A stretch of DNA of 35,248 bases from a virus (lineage: Duplodnaviria > Caudoviricetes), in the IMG/VR virus record IMGVR_UViG_3300044606_000228, positions 1-35,248 of that record; one strand, given 5' to 3'. Shown piece by piece: positions 16,701 through 25,456 of this stretch. The position numbers and the translations under genes were made by a program. A model generated the notes under the pieces. That model had not been told where the DNA came from and did not search any database. It worked only from the letters and a program-made list of their open reading frames with translations. Each line of letters starts with the position of its first letter. Within the stretch, counting starts at the first letter, position 1.

Positions 16701-18220
16701 TGAGTGAAAAATTATTTAAGCAGCTTGATGACGACTTTGAGCACTACCTCGATTCCGTCCAGTTTGAAGCTACTGAAAAAGAACTTACTCCGGAACTGAA
16801 GGCCCAGCGTCGTAAACTTGCAGATGTTGATGATTTTCAGTTTTGCAAAATTTATTTTCCCCAGATATTCAGGGACAGCTTTAACCCGCTTCATTTTTAT
16901 ATAGCTGAATGTAAGACAGGTTTTTATACTGTATCCGGTTGCAGACGATTTGGTAAATCAGCTTTTGGCTATACTACTAAATTTGTAAAATCCATGTGCA
17001 TTGGGGGGCTCGGTTTACTCGGACTTGGATTACGGACGCAAAGTCTTGCAGAGGCAAGAACAGCCAGCCTGGTCAGACTAATGAAGCGAAATAAAAAATT
17101 GATGTATGACTATGATGTGAATATACAGCAGGACAGAATCGGGGATTATATAATCAATTTTAAAAATCTTAAAGCATTTGGATACCGGGAGGGAATAAGA
17201 AATATTTTTGATGAGGAGTTTAACAGGTTTGAAATTATAATAGTAGATGATTTGTTTGACCGCAATTCCGTTAAGTCAGAGGTTGATAATAAAAAGGTAT
17301 ACGATTTTGTTACTTCTGAATGTACAGGTCAGTTAAGACCAGGTGGATTAATCATTTGGTTTTTCAATTATTGCTCCACCGATAGTCCGGGAAAGGAGTA
17401 TGCAGATGCACATCCTGAAACTCATTTTAATCTTCCTGCATTAAATGAGGAAGGAAAAACAAACTGGCCTGACAGTTTCTGGACTACTGAAGAACTTGTT
17501 AAGCTCTCTAAAGAAATTCCCTATGAAGTGTGGATGGGTGACTATATGAATGATCCTATTCAGAAGGGAGATATATTTAATACCGACTGGCTCAATACTA
17601 TAAATCTTAACCTTATAAAAATAGCTGCCAGTATTACCGGTGTGGATCCTTCTCATGGCCAGAGTCCTGCCGCATGCGATAAGGCAGCAATAACAATAGG
17701 CATTGATGCAGAGCTTGAAAAATGCTACATCACTGATATATATATACGTAAAGAAGGCTTCCCGGAATTTTTTGATTACCTGGCTATGGTTAAAATAAAT
17801 ACCATTAACCATAAAGCAATTTGCTGGGAAAATGATTTTCAGCAGTGGGACTATGCCTCCGCCTATTACGATAACTGGCGCAAAAAACATAAAATTTACC
17901 TGCCTATAATTTTATTTAATGCTAAAGACAATACAAGCGAGTTTTACGGCTCTGATAAAGAGAGCCGCATAATGAACCTGGTATTCCCCTTTCAGAAGGG
18001 GCACATACTTATAAATGCGCTTATAACAGGCAGGCATGATTACACAGTATGGAAAACTCAGTACATAAGCTTCGGCAAAAACAAAACACGCCTTGACGGG
18101 CTTGACGCGACTGCATCAGCGTTTATTATGCTTCCCAGGTATGTAAATACCGGTTCTTTTAAATCAACAGGCCAGCGCCGGTTCAAAGATGAAGAAACCG
18201 ACTGGCTCTCTAACAGGTGA
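16700..18220 (+). CDS. Terminase large subunit
   Basis: Walker A GCRRFGKS, Walker B IIIVDD, nuclease GVDPS and DGLDA. Confidence 0.92.
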   Translation: MSEKLFKQLDDDFEHYLDSVQFEATEKELTPELKAQRRKLADVDDFQFCKIYFPQIFRDSFNPLHFYIAECKTGFYTVSGCRRFGKSAFGYTTKFVKSMCIGGLGLLGLGLRTQSLAEARTASLVRLMKRNKKLMYDYDVNIQQDRIGDYIINFKNLKAFGYREGIRNIFDEEFNRFEIIIVDDLFDRNSVKSEVDNKKVYDFVTSECTGQLRPGGLIIWFFNYCSTDSPGKEYADAHPETHFNLPALNEEGKTNWPDSFWTTEELVKLSKEIPYEVWMGDYMNDPIQKGDIFNTDWLNTINLNLIKIAASITGVDPSHGQSPAACDKAAITIGIDAELEKCYITDIYIRKEGFPEFFDYLAMVKINTINHKAICWENDFQQWDYASAYYDNWRKKHKIYLPIILFNAKDNTSEFYGSDKESRIMNLVFPFQKGHILINALITGRHDYTVWKTQYISFGKNKTRLDGLDATASAFIMLPRYVNTGSFKSTGQRRFKDEETDWLSNR

Positions 18221-18224
18221 GGTT

Positions 18225-19373
18225 ATGGCAACACAAGTTTTAGTTATAAATAAAAACATCGGCAGCATCAACGTTGCATTTACACCCGAATATTATAAGC
18301 GGGCCTATTCAAGCTGGCTTAACGGGGACTACAGGTACCTGCTTGCCCTGATTGACAGGGCCGAGACTGATTCTTTTATATCCGGCTGCCTGGCTGCAAG
18401 GCACTTAGGCTATAAACGTAAATTCCAGATGCAGCCTGCAACCGACAGTGCATATGATAAAGAAATTGCTGAATTCGTCCAGGAAGTGTTCAACAACTTA
18501 TTCATGCGTGAATTCTTTGAAGATATGATAGATGCACGTATGAAATATTATTCTGTCATCTCGCTTGAATGGGACATAGCAAACGGGAAGCAAATACCGG
18601 TTTACGCCGAAAAGCTTGCACAAAAATATTTCAGGTATGATCCCAAAGACAATATACTTAAAGTTGACTGGGGCAAAACACTGAAAGAAATTCCTGCCGA
18701 CTCTGCATTTGTACTTGAGTCCTCACGCAAGCCTATAATGCTTAACGTGCTTAAGAATTATATTATGAAAGAATTCGGCGAGCAAAACTGGTCATCCTTC
18801 TTGGAGCGGTTCGGCGAGCCTTTTATCTTTGCCTTTGTTCCTCCCAACGCAGATAAAGAAACTCTTGATAACGTTGATTCAAGCCTTAAAAAAATGGCAA
18901 GCTCAACAACTGGACGTTTTCCAAAAGGCACTGAATTAAAAATCGAGGAAGCACAGCGTTCAACAGGCGACCAGCAAAAGTATTTGCAAACCTGCATGGA
19001 AGGCATCTCACTTGCCCTTCTCGGACATAAAGATGCGGCTGGCTCTGACAGCAAAATGCAGATAGGCGATAACACATCAGGCATCGAAGTAAAAAAAGGA
19101 ATTGCCATAGATGATATATTCTGGATAGAAGAAAAAATAACTACGTTCATAAAAATGATTGTCAACCGTAATTATAATACTTCTGTTTATCCAAAACTTA
19201 TAATTGATAAGTCAGACGCCATTGATGCAAAAACAAAATTGCAGGCCGCCGAGCAGGCCATCGAGGGCGGCGCGCAAATTGCCCCCGAATTTTATAAAGA
19301 TATGGGCATCCCGATTGTTTCAGAAGATCCCATACAAAAGCGCACCATCGCCCAGGAATTCAATTTGGATTAG
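18225..19373 (+). CDS. Portal protein (DUF935 / Mu gp29-like)
   Basis: Follows TerL; WSSFLERFGEP and ISLALLG motifs; GAGGT SD before ATG 18225. Confidence 0.88.
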   Translation: MATQVLVINKNIGSINVAFTPEYYKRAYSSWLNGDYRYLLALIDRAETDSFISGCLAARHLGYKRKFQMQPATDSAYDKEIAEFVQEVFNNLFMREFFEDMIDARMKYYSVISLEWDIANGKQIPVYAEKLAQKYFRYDPKDNILKVDWGKTLKEIPADSAFVLESSRKPIMLNVLKNYIMKEFGEQNWSSFLERFGEPFIFAFVPPNADKETLDNVDSSLKKMASSTTGRFPKGTELKIEEAQRSTGDQQKYLQTCMEGISLALLGHKDAAGSDSKMQIGDNTSGIEVKKGIAIDDIFWIEEKITTFIKMIVNRNYNTSVYPKLIIDKSDAIDAKTKLQAAEQAIEGGAQIAPEFYKDMGIPIVSEDPIQKRTIAQEFNLD

Positions 19374-19391
19374 TCTCCCCTTGAGGGGAGT
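19372..19391 (+). repeat. Family E, first hairpin only
   Basis: agtctccccttgaggggagt overlapping the portal stop. Confidence 0.7.
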
Positions 19392-19499
19392 CCATTGCAA
19401 TGTGCTAAATTCAGAAATTGTGTTTTAACGCATACAGCATTAAAAATGCCTTGACAATACAAATGCCCGGATTCCGGGGCAGGCTCTCGTATAGAGCCC

Positions 19500-19521
19500 A
19501 CTGAACGGTTACTGAACGGTT
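19500..19521. repeat. 11-bp tandem repeat
   Basis: actgaacggtt actgaacggtt. Confidence 0.8.
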
Positions 19522-19565
19522 TTATTTCAAATTTATTTTTAACTGAGATTATCTTAGAATTTCAA

Positions 19566-19626
19566 AATCAGCTTAATCAAAAAAATCATGTTTTTTAATC
19601 AGCGTAAATCCGGGTAATCAGTGGTC
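19566..19626 (+). repeat. Family G AATC array
   Basis: AATC at 19566, 19575, 19584, 19597, 19607, 19616; ends aatcagtggtc. Confidence 0.7.
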
Positions 19627-20079
19627 GAAGAAATAGTACAACAAATACTCTCGCTATTCCGCAACCAGGAAATGATGCAGAAGCTTGCCCTTGCCGCTGA
19701 GTTCAAAATTAAGAAGCGGACTCAGCAGGGTATCGCCGTAGAAGGTACAAGCTTCGGGCAATACAGTCCCGGGTATGCAAAGAAAAGGACAAAGGCAGGG
19801 CTGCCGATACATCCAATCACCCTAACCTTTGACGACATCACCGGTATGCTTCAGCAGATAACAGACGAAGTAAGCAGCGACTATAAATCAGTTGAGATAT
19901 TTATACAGAAGCCGGAGAAAGAATTAATTATGCAGTACCTGTCAATCATGGGAGCAGGCCGTAACAGGAAGATATTTCACTTCTGGGATATCAGCGAGCA
20001 GGAAGAAAAAGAACTTGCAGAAATTGTTGATGAAGAACTACTAAAAAATTTCAGTTTAATAAAGGGGAGTGTATTGTAG
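19621..20079 (+). CDS. Virion morphogenesis / tail completion protein (Mu gpG-like)
   Basis: IKKRTQQG..G..F..YSPGYAKKR..L..TG.M..I pattern; start uncertain. Confidence 0.65.
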   Translation: MVEEIVQQILSLFRNQEMMQKLALAAEFKIKKRTQQGIAVEGTSFGQYSPGYAKKRTKAGLPIHPITLTFDDITGMLQQITDEVSSDYKSVEIFIQKPEKELIMQYLSIMGAGRNRKIFHFWDISEQEEKELAEIVDEELLKNFSLIKGSVL

Positions 20080-20107
20080 ATAGGGGTTTACGCAAAGCCC
20101 GTCTACA
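20075..20107. repeat. GTAG-type hairpin (family F)
   Basis: tgtagataggggtttacgcaaagcccgtctaca; contains the TAG stop of the upstream gene. Confidence 0.55.
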
Positions 20108-20155
20108 TCCCCCTGCCCCCTTCAAAGCCTGCCTGTCCGGCAGGCAGGGGGGACT
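20107..20155 (-). repeat. Family D repeat with nested family B element (20128..20148)
   Basis: atccccctgcccccttcaaag[cctgcctgtccggcaggcagg]ggggact. Confidence 0.88.
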
Positions 20156-20170
20156 TTTAAAGGAGTTAAT

Positions 20171-20584
20171 ATGTCTACAGTAACTAAAGACTATATCAAA
20201 CAATATTTCCCTCTCTGGGATAAATTTTTCCTTGATGCTGAAGGCGATGCATCAGAAACAATCCTGCAAGCCGAGCTTGACCAGGCAGAAATACACCTGC
20301 AGGAGTATATTATATTCCCTGAACCAATAACTGACCAGGTAAAGCGCATGGTACTTATTATTACCAGGTACTTCGGCTTCATGCGTACACAGGGAGATGT
20401 TGAATTTAAAGTAAAGCCTTTCATTGTTAAAGAATATGAAGCACTTATAGAACGACTTGAGCAGTTTAAAGCAGGAGAAATATCTCTGCTCCCCTCCACC
20501 TTACTAAGGGGAGGGGCCGGGGGTGAGGTTAATGCAAAGCCCAGGATATTTGACGAATGGTTTAACGATCCTTATTCAGATTAG
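20171..20584 (+). CDS. Head-tail adaptor (DUF1320 / Mu gp36-like)
   Basis: A..HLQEY..P....VKR...I.RY..YE.LI.RLE.FKAGEISL pattern; AGGAG SD. Confidence 0.7.
   Translation: MSTVTKDYIKQYFPLWDKFFLDAEGDASETILQAELDQAEIHLQEYIIFPEPITDQVKRMVLIITRYFGFMRTQGDVEFKVKPFIVKEYEALIERLEQFKAGEISLLPSTLLRGGAGGEVNAKPRIFDEWFNDPYSD
20490..20529 (+). repeat. Family C repeat, in-frame
   Basis: tcccctccaccttactaaggggaggggccgggggtgaggt; encodes PSTLLRGGAGGEV. Confidence 0.85.
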
Positions 20585-20592
20585 AGGTTACA

Positions 20593-21042
20593 ATGTACAA
20601 CGACATATACCAGGCACAGCGTGCCTTAGTAAGCCATCTCAAAACAGGCAATGTAGGGGCTTACAATTGTAAGCACATTAAAGAATACGCAGGAGAGCTG
20701 GGCGATGTTAACAAGCTGCGCGACATCATGCCATCAGCCGCATTGGTGCGGTTGATGGAAGGCCCGGCAGCAGGTGAGACTCCCCGGGATCACAGGTTTT
20801 ATATTATTATCTTAACCAGGTCAGACAGCTACGATAAAAAAAGCAACCGTAACAATAACCTTCAGCTTGCATCTGATATTGGTAAGTACCTTGATGATAA
20901 CCCCGCCTGGCAATTTACTGATGATGATGAAGAAACAGTTGAGTATATACTTGACCGTGAGCGCCTCATCAGCAGGATCTTATTCCAGGACAATTCGTAC
21001 ACCTGCATCTACCTTGAAGCGATGATAAAGATTTTAATTTAG
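20593..21042 (+). CDS. Neck / tail terminator protein (Mu gp37-like)
   Basis: IKEYAGEL...PSAALV pattern; follows the gp36-like gene. Confidence 0.6.
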   Translation: MYNDIYQAQRALVSHLKTGNVGAYNCKHIKEYAGELGDVNKLRDIMPSAALVRLMEGPAAGETPRDHRFYIIILTRSDSYDKKSNRNNNLQLASDIGKYLDDNPAWQFTDDDEETVEYILDRERLISRILFQDNSYTCIYLEAMIKILI

Positions 21043-21066
21043 GGGCGAAACATCTTTCGCCCTTAC
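21040..21066 (-). repeat. Family A palindrome at the convergence point
   Basis: taggggcgaaacatctttcgcccttac; contains the TAG stop of 20593..21042. Confidence 0.88.
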
Positions 21067-21133
21067 AAGCACATCTCACTTCTCTCCGGGCCGTCCTACC
21101 GGGTGCCAGCTTTTATAAACCGCAAGTCAGCAG

Positions 21134-21697
21134 TCAGTGAGTATGCTTCCTATCCATATACTCCTTGTACGCCCGCGGATCATTCTGCAATAGCTCAGCT
21201 TCAAACTTAGCCTCTTTTATCCTGCGTTCTTCAGAAGTCTCCTCTTGAGGGGAGTGCCCGCAGGGCGAGGGGTGTTGGGGGGGTGTAGACGCCTTATCAT
21301 TTCCGTGCCCTTTTTTAGTAAACTCCGAAAAGTCAAAACCCCCTATCTTCACATTAGCCTGTGTTTCCCTTGCCTTAGCCTGTGCCTCAGCCTTCTCTTT
21401 TTTAATATGCTCTTTCTGGTATTCTCCCTTTAGTATACCTCTGACATAAGAGAGCTTCATCCTTTCTGTCTCAGCGCATGCCTCTACAAATGCATCAAAC
21501 ACTTTTTGATATCCATATTCCTTAACAAGCCTCTCTGCAAACATTCTTTGACCCATGTTAAGAAGAATCATATCAGTCTTAACACTTTTCCATAAATCAA
21601 ACAAAGCAGCTATCCTGTCACTGCCGGGATTTTGAAGATCCGCCCCGCATACGGGGCAGGTAGGTTTAGGAGGGGCGGGTATCTTTTTTAAGTTCAT
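21134..21697 (-). CDS. DnaD/DnaB-C-like replication protein
   Basis: LVKEYGY..V..A..EA...KLSYVRGILK matches the YxxxIL motif; N-terminal CPVCG. Confidence 0.5.
   Translation of the reverse strand: MNLKKIPAPPKPTCPVCGADLQNPGSDRIAALFDLWKSVKTDMILLNMGQRMFAERLVKEYGYQKVFDAFVEACAETERMKLSYVRGILKGEYQKEHIKKEKAEAQAKARETQANVKIGGFDFSEFTKKGHGNDKASTPPQHPSPCGHSPQEETSEERRIKEAKFEAELLQNDPRAYKEYMDRKHTH
21236..21275 (+). repeat. Family E double-hairpin repeat, in-frame
   Basis: agtctcctcttgaggggagt-gcccgcagggc-gaggggtgt; encodes HPSPCGHSPQEET. Confidence 0.9.
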
Positions 21698-21719
21698 ATA
21701 TTCTCTTTAGTACCTGGCA

Positions 21720-22247
21720 TTAAAAATACCTCATATCTGGTTCAACCCATTCAGTTTGTGTCTTAAAGAAAAAATCTCTTTCACTATAAGTGGGAACGAC
21801 TTTATTTCCCTTCCAAAGGAAGCCATCCTTCACAAAATACCCGCGCTGCTTAATCTCTGTAACCATGCGCTGACTGAAAGCAGCAGAGCCGATACGAATC
21901 ATTTTTATTACGCCCCACTGCTCAGGAGTAGTAATAAATAAATCAAGGTTAATACCTTCCTCCAGTATAAGCTGCGCATACTTGCCCTCTCCGTTGCCTT
22001 TAACCCTTGTAAAAGAATTAACAAGCTTTACAAACTCAGGCTCTCTTATTGTTTCAGTAGGATTAAACATATCTCCTGTTTCTACCGTGGTACCTTTGGG
22101 AATAACAAGTAACTCAATGTCATGCACATCATTTTTTTTCCTGCGTACAGATCCCACCACATCAATCTTTGTGCAGTGCGGCTCGAATATCCTAAAATAT
22201 TTTCCGGCTATTGCCTCAGCCTGTGCAAGGAGCATAATTACTCCCAT
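21720..22247 (-). CDS. Minimal X-family DNA polymerase (palm and thumb only)
   Basis: GSVRRKK..VHDIELLV, LDLF, W...RIGS..FS, SERDFF motifs of Pol beta/PolX. Confidence 0.82.
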   Translation of the reverse strand: MGVIMLLAQAEAIAGKYFRIFEPHCTKIDVVGSVRRKKNDVHDIELLVIPKGTTVETGDMFNPTETIREPEFVKLVNSFTRVKGNGEGKYAQLILEEGINLDLFITTPEQWGVIKMIRIGSAAFSQRMVTEIKQRGYFVKDGFLWKGNKVVPTYSERDFFFKTQTEWVEPDMRYF

Positions 22248-22507
22248 ATATCATTTTTTGCTTGCTCATTAATTGAATCAGTTATTTCTTTGTCAGTTGG
22301 ATGGCAATTTTCATTCGGGCACCAGAAGAAGATACCATCACCTTTACAATGAGAGCACTTTTCAAATTCATTTTCATCATACCACAAAGGATCCTCTTCA
22401 TAAAGGTCATCATTATACCCTTCCCCTCCGCAATCTTCACAATCGCGGGTTGCAAGTTGTCCGCCACACCTGGGACAGGTGTAGTGTGAATATTCCCAAT
22501 CTTCCAT
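22238..22507 (-). CDS. Small Cys-rich zinc-finger protein (CxxCxGxG repeats)
   Basis: CPRCGG, CEDCGGEG, CSHCKGDG; GGAGG SD. Confidence 0.7.
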   Translation of the reverse strand: MEDWEYSHYTCPRCGGQLATRDCEDCGGEGYNDDLYEEDPLWYDENEFEKCSHCKGDGIFFWCPNENCHPTDKEITDSINEQAKNDIWE

Positions 22508-22508
22508 A

Positions 22509-22601
22509 TTACCTCCTCATGATAAATGCATAAGATAAAATGATTACATAAATAACCAGTGCAAACGCCAGCCAGCAGTATTTCACTTTTCTATTTTTCA
22601 T
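22509..22601 (-). CDS. 30-aa membrane peptide (not in ORF track)
   Basis: MKNRKVKYCWLAFALVIYVIILSYAFIMRR; TAATG coupling to the upstream gene. Confidence 0.5.
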   Translation of the reverse strand: MKNRKVKYCWLAFALVIYVIILSYAFIMRR

Positions 22602-23017
22602 TATTGCCTCATGGGAAATTTTTTCGATGCTTTAATTAATTTGTCAATAAATTTCTGACTACTGCCAGCCTCTATTTCATCTTGTATGAGATTGTTCCAG
22701 TTCGAATATTTCCAGTATCTTACTCTTTTATTTTCTCTTTCTTCTCTTATTTCATAATCATGCATCAACCTGGAGGCTATATCTATGCTGTTATTCCCTA
22801 TATAACCTTTCGCTATAAGAGATCTTGTTGGCCATGCGTGAACGTTTACGATACAGATAATCTGAGATTTATTATAAAAGACAACATTTATTTTCATCCT
22901 ATAAATCTTATTCAAGATGTTTAGCCATGTTGGCCTTTTCCCCAAAAACAAATCCAATTGACTGACTGCCTGCCTGTCCGGCAGGCAGGCTGCCGACTGC
23001 GTACTGCATACTGGCAT
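22601..23017 (-). CDS. Hypothetical protein with repeat-derived N-terminus
   Basis: Fills the operon; the first ~19 codons come from heptamer and family B repeats. Confidence 0.55.
   Translation of the reverse strand: MPVCSTQSAACLPDRQAVSQLDLFLGKRPTWLNILNKIYRMKINVVFYNKSQIICIVNVHAWPTRSLIAKGYIGNNSIDIASRLMHDYEIREERENKRVRYWKYSNWNNLIQDEIEAGSSQKFIDKLIKASKKFPMRQ
22961..23016. repeat. Heptamer array with nested family B element (22969..22989)
   Basis: actgact g[cctgcctgtccggcaggcagg]ctgccg actgcgt actgcat actggca. Confidence 0.85.
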
Positions 23018-23715
23018 TATAGAGCCTCTTTATATTTAATCAGTGATTCAGGTACATCAAACAACCTTAACTGCCCTTTAACAGGAAAAGGAACTACCGG
23101 CCTTATGTTGCGGAGGAACCATGAATATGCACCATCATAAATAAAGCAGCATACATTAGCTTCATCCGCTCCTCTTGTCATAAGCTTTATATCGTATAGC
23201 TCAGCAACGCATATTGCCATACCATATGGGCCTTGTAAAATATTCTGCTCATAAAATTCAGCCACACCCTGGATGCCGTCAAATGAATCACGCAGGTTTT
23301 CAATCATCTGTTTATCAGGCTTCAGGGAGGATACAATAAGCAGGTCGCCCCTGTATTCAGTTTTCCAGGTTCTTGTTTCAATGAGTTTAAATTTATAACT
23401 AATCATATTAGCCCAGGGCTGCTTGCATGATATAGCCTTAATTGTTTTTACACACACGCTGCACAGATCCTCTTCAACCCAGTAGCAAGGCTGGCCGGTT
23501 TTTTCAACACACTGTGAGCAGTCATAATCTGTACACCCGCACACTCTGCATGTACGTATCATTTTATTTCTCGGGTTCAAAGTGTCTTTAAGGGACTGGA
23601 TAAATACCTCAAGCTCTTCCAGGTTCTCTATTGCTTTTGCCTGGCTGACAGACCTGTCAGAGTATAACTCATCAATAGCTTCTTTAGCAGCTTCAAATAA
23701 TTTTTGATTATCCAT
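23017..23715 (-). CDS. ASCH-domain protein with N-terminal helical and Cys-rich domains
   Basis: KAISCKQPWA..I...K.IETRTWKT.YRG.LLI and P.KGQLRLF. Confidence 0.82.
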   Translation of the reverse strand: MDNQKLFEAAKEAIDELYSDRSVSQAKAIENLEELEVFIQSLKDTLNPRNKMIRTCRVCGCTDYDCSQCVEKTGQPCYWVEEDLCSVCVKTIKAISCKQPWANMISYKFKLIETRTWKTEYRGDLLIVSSLKPDKQMIENLRDSFDGIQGVAEFYEQNILQGPYGMAICVAELYDIKLMTRGADEANVCCFIYDGAYSWFLRNIRPVVPFPVKGQLRLFDVPESLIKYKEAL

Positions 23716-23744
23716 TTTTTTCTCCTTTTGTTTTTTATTGTTCT

Positions 23745-23783
23745 AATCAGTGTAATCACATTAATCAGCTGAATCAGCGGTTC
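23745..23783 (+). repeat. Family G AATC array
   Basis: AATC at 23745, 23754, 23763, 23772 (exact 9-bp period); ends aatcagcggttc. Confidence 0.75.
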
Positions 23784-23955
23784 TGACTTCTTCTCTTGGC
23801 TCATACAGAATATCATTATCCTGCTCCGGATGTTTTTCTGTATGGTCAAACTCTCCGTCTAATATTTCCTGGGGGATGGTTTTTCCATCTTCCCAGAAAG
23901 CAGCGCATTTGTTTACACCCAGAAAGTGCTTACAGTTAATACATTGGTTAGTCAT
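23761..23955 (-). CDS. Small Cys/His protein, candidate immunity partner of the MuF fusion
   Basis: CINCKH..C.AF..IP.EI..G..DH...D.DILYE; overlaps the MuF stop. Confidence 0.6.
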   Translation of the reverse strand: MTNQCINCKHFLGVNKCAAFWEDGKTIPQEILDGEFDHTEKHPEQDNDILYEPREEVRTADSAD

Positions 23956-25456
23956 TTTTTAATCCTTTTATATAATTCTCAAAAAATTTAATTACACGCC
24001 CAGGAAGCTTTTCCTTAAAATTATACATAGTAAAACACTCAGCAAAAAACTCGTTTGCTTTTGTATAAGCATAGCCGCTGACGGTATAGATATCACCGTT
24101 TTTAACTGACGCTTTATATATATCCGTCCACTCCCGGTTAAGCTTCTGTTTCTCCTCCTCACTGAAACGGCCTGATGCAAGCATCCTGTTAATCATTCCT
24201 GTAGTCTGATCCTGCCATACATGCCCCAGCTCGTGAGTTACGCATGCCTCAGCCTCTTTTCCTTTATAAAGTACATTATACCTTTTGAATCTCAGGGAGA
24301 ACTCAAGCTCTTTTATTGCTGTTTCATAAAACCTGCTTTCCGGATGCAGTTCCAGAAGCTTCTTATATTTTTCAAGCTCCTTTGAATAAGTCTTTACATG
24401 ATTTTCAACGCTAAGGTTATACATCTTTTCAATCTGCTTTGCATTAAAGAAGCTTTTAACATTAAGATTTAAAGTATTGCCGTTTGCACTTGCCCAGGCA
24501 TTCCCGTGTGAAGTTGTTACAATATTTGTTAAAGCTCTTAAATTATATTGCTGCTTAATGCTGAAAAGAGTCTCATTTATCCTGTTTGCTATATCCAGAT
24601 CCAGACCGGAATAAGTTACAACACTTGCAATCCTGCTTTCACGTGCAAAGCTCTCTGCGTCTGCCAGCGATGCAGCCCTTTTGAAACCGCTTCTTTCGCT
24701 CACACTTATGCCGGATGAAGTGCCCGGCTTATACGTCGGATCCGGCTCCCAGTCATGCCTGCAATTCCAGCCCCCGCAATAAATAATACATGGAGCTATA
24801 TAAGCGGGGCCAACTTCAGCCTCAGTTATTTTGTTAATGTCATCAATATGAAGAACAGCGCCTAACATTGTTTTACAAAACTTCCGGCTTGTTTCCCTTA
24901 ACAACCCCATATACTCATAGTAAAATATCCCTGCTATATTTGCCTTCTCATGCTTGGCTGTGCGGTTATATGCCTTAAGCTGAGTCGCTGCAATAACACT
25001 TCCATAAGCTGAAGCTTTATCAGATATCTTGGATATATTTGCAGTTAATTCCTTATGCGATAGCTTTTCCCGGATACCTGTTTTAACAGCCTTTTGAATT
25101 TCCTTCTTAGTTGATTCCCTGTAATTGCCCAGCCTTAAAGTATTTATTTTTTCCAGCCTTTTTATTACAGGCATATCGCGCTGTATATCAAATCCCAGGT
25201 CTGAGTAAAGATCATTGATGAGGTCAAGAGAATCATTGTAAGAGCGGTTTATTTGCGTAAGCCATTTTACAAATTCAGGATCAAAGGCTTGTGTAAGCGC
25301 CCTGTTTAATTCGCTTATATCAGCAGTAGGATGCTTAAATATATAATCAAGAATCTTATCCTGTATAACTTCATAATAAGCTTCAGGACTCAGCTTCCTT
25401 GCAAGCTCTGCAATTTCTTTCTGAAATTCTCTTAACCTGTTTATATCAACAGCCAT
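23948..25456 (-). CDS. MuF-type head morphogenesis protein with C-terminal zincin metallopeptidase domain
   Basis: SRKFC...GGWNCRHDW MuF-like motif; THELGH...SGYA.T..NEFFAECF. Confidence 0.78.
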   Translation of the reverse strand: MAVDINRLREFQKEIAELARKLSPEAYYEVIQDKILDYIFKHPTADISELNRALTQAFDPEFVKWLTQINRSYNDSLDLINDLYSDLGFDIQRDMPVIKRLEKINTLRLGNYRESTKKEIQKAVKTGIREKLSHKELTANISKISDKASAYGSVIAATQLKAYNRTAKHEKANIAGIFYYEYMGLLRETSRKFCKTMLGAVLHIDDINKITEAEVGPAYIAPCIIYCGGWNCRHDWEPDPTYKPGTSSGISVSERSGFKRAASLADAESFARESRIASVVTYSGLDLDIANRINETLFSIKQQYNLRALTNIVTTSHGNAWASANGNTLNLNVKSFFNAKQIEKMYNLSVENHVKTYSKELEKYKKLLELHPESRFYETAIKELEFSLRFKRYNVLYKGKEAEACVTHELGHVWQDQTTGMINRMLASGRFSEEEKQKLNREWTDIYKASVKNGDIYTVSGYAYTKANEFFAECFTMYNFKEKLPGRVIKFFENYIKGLKND

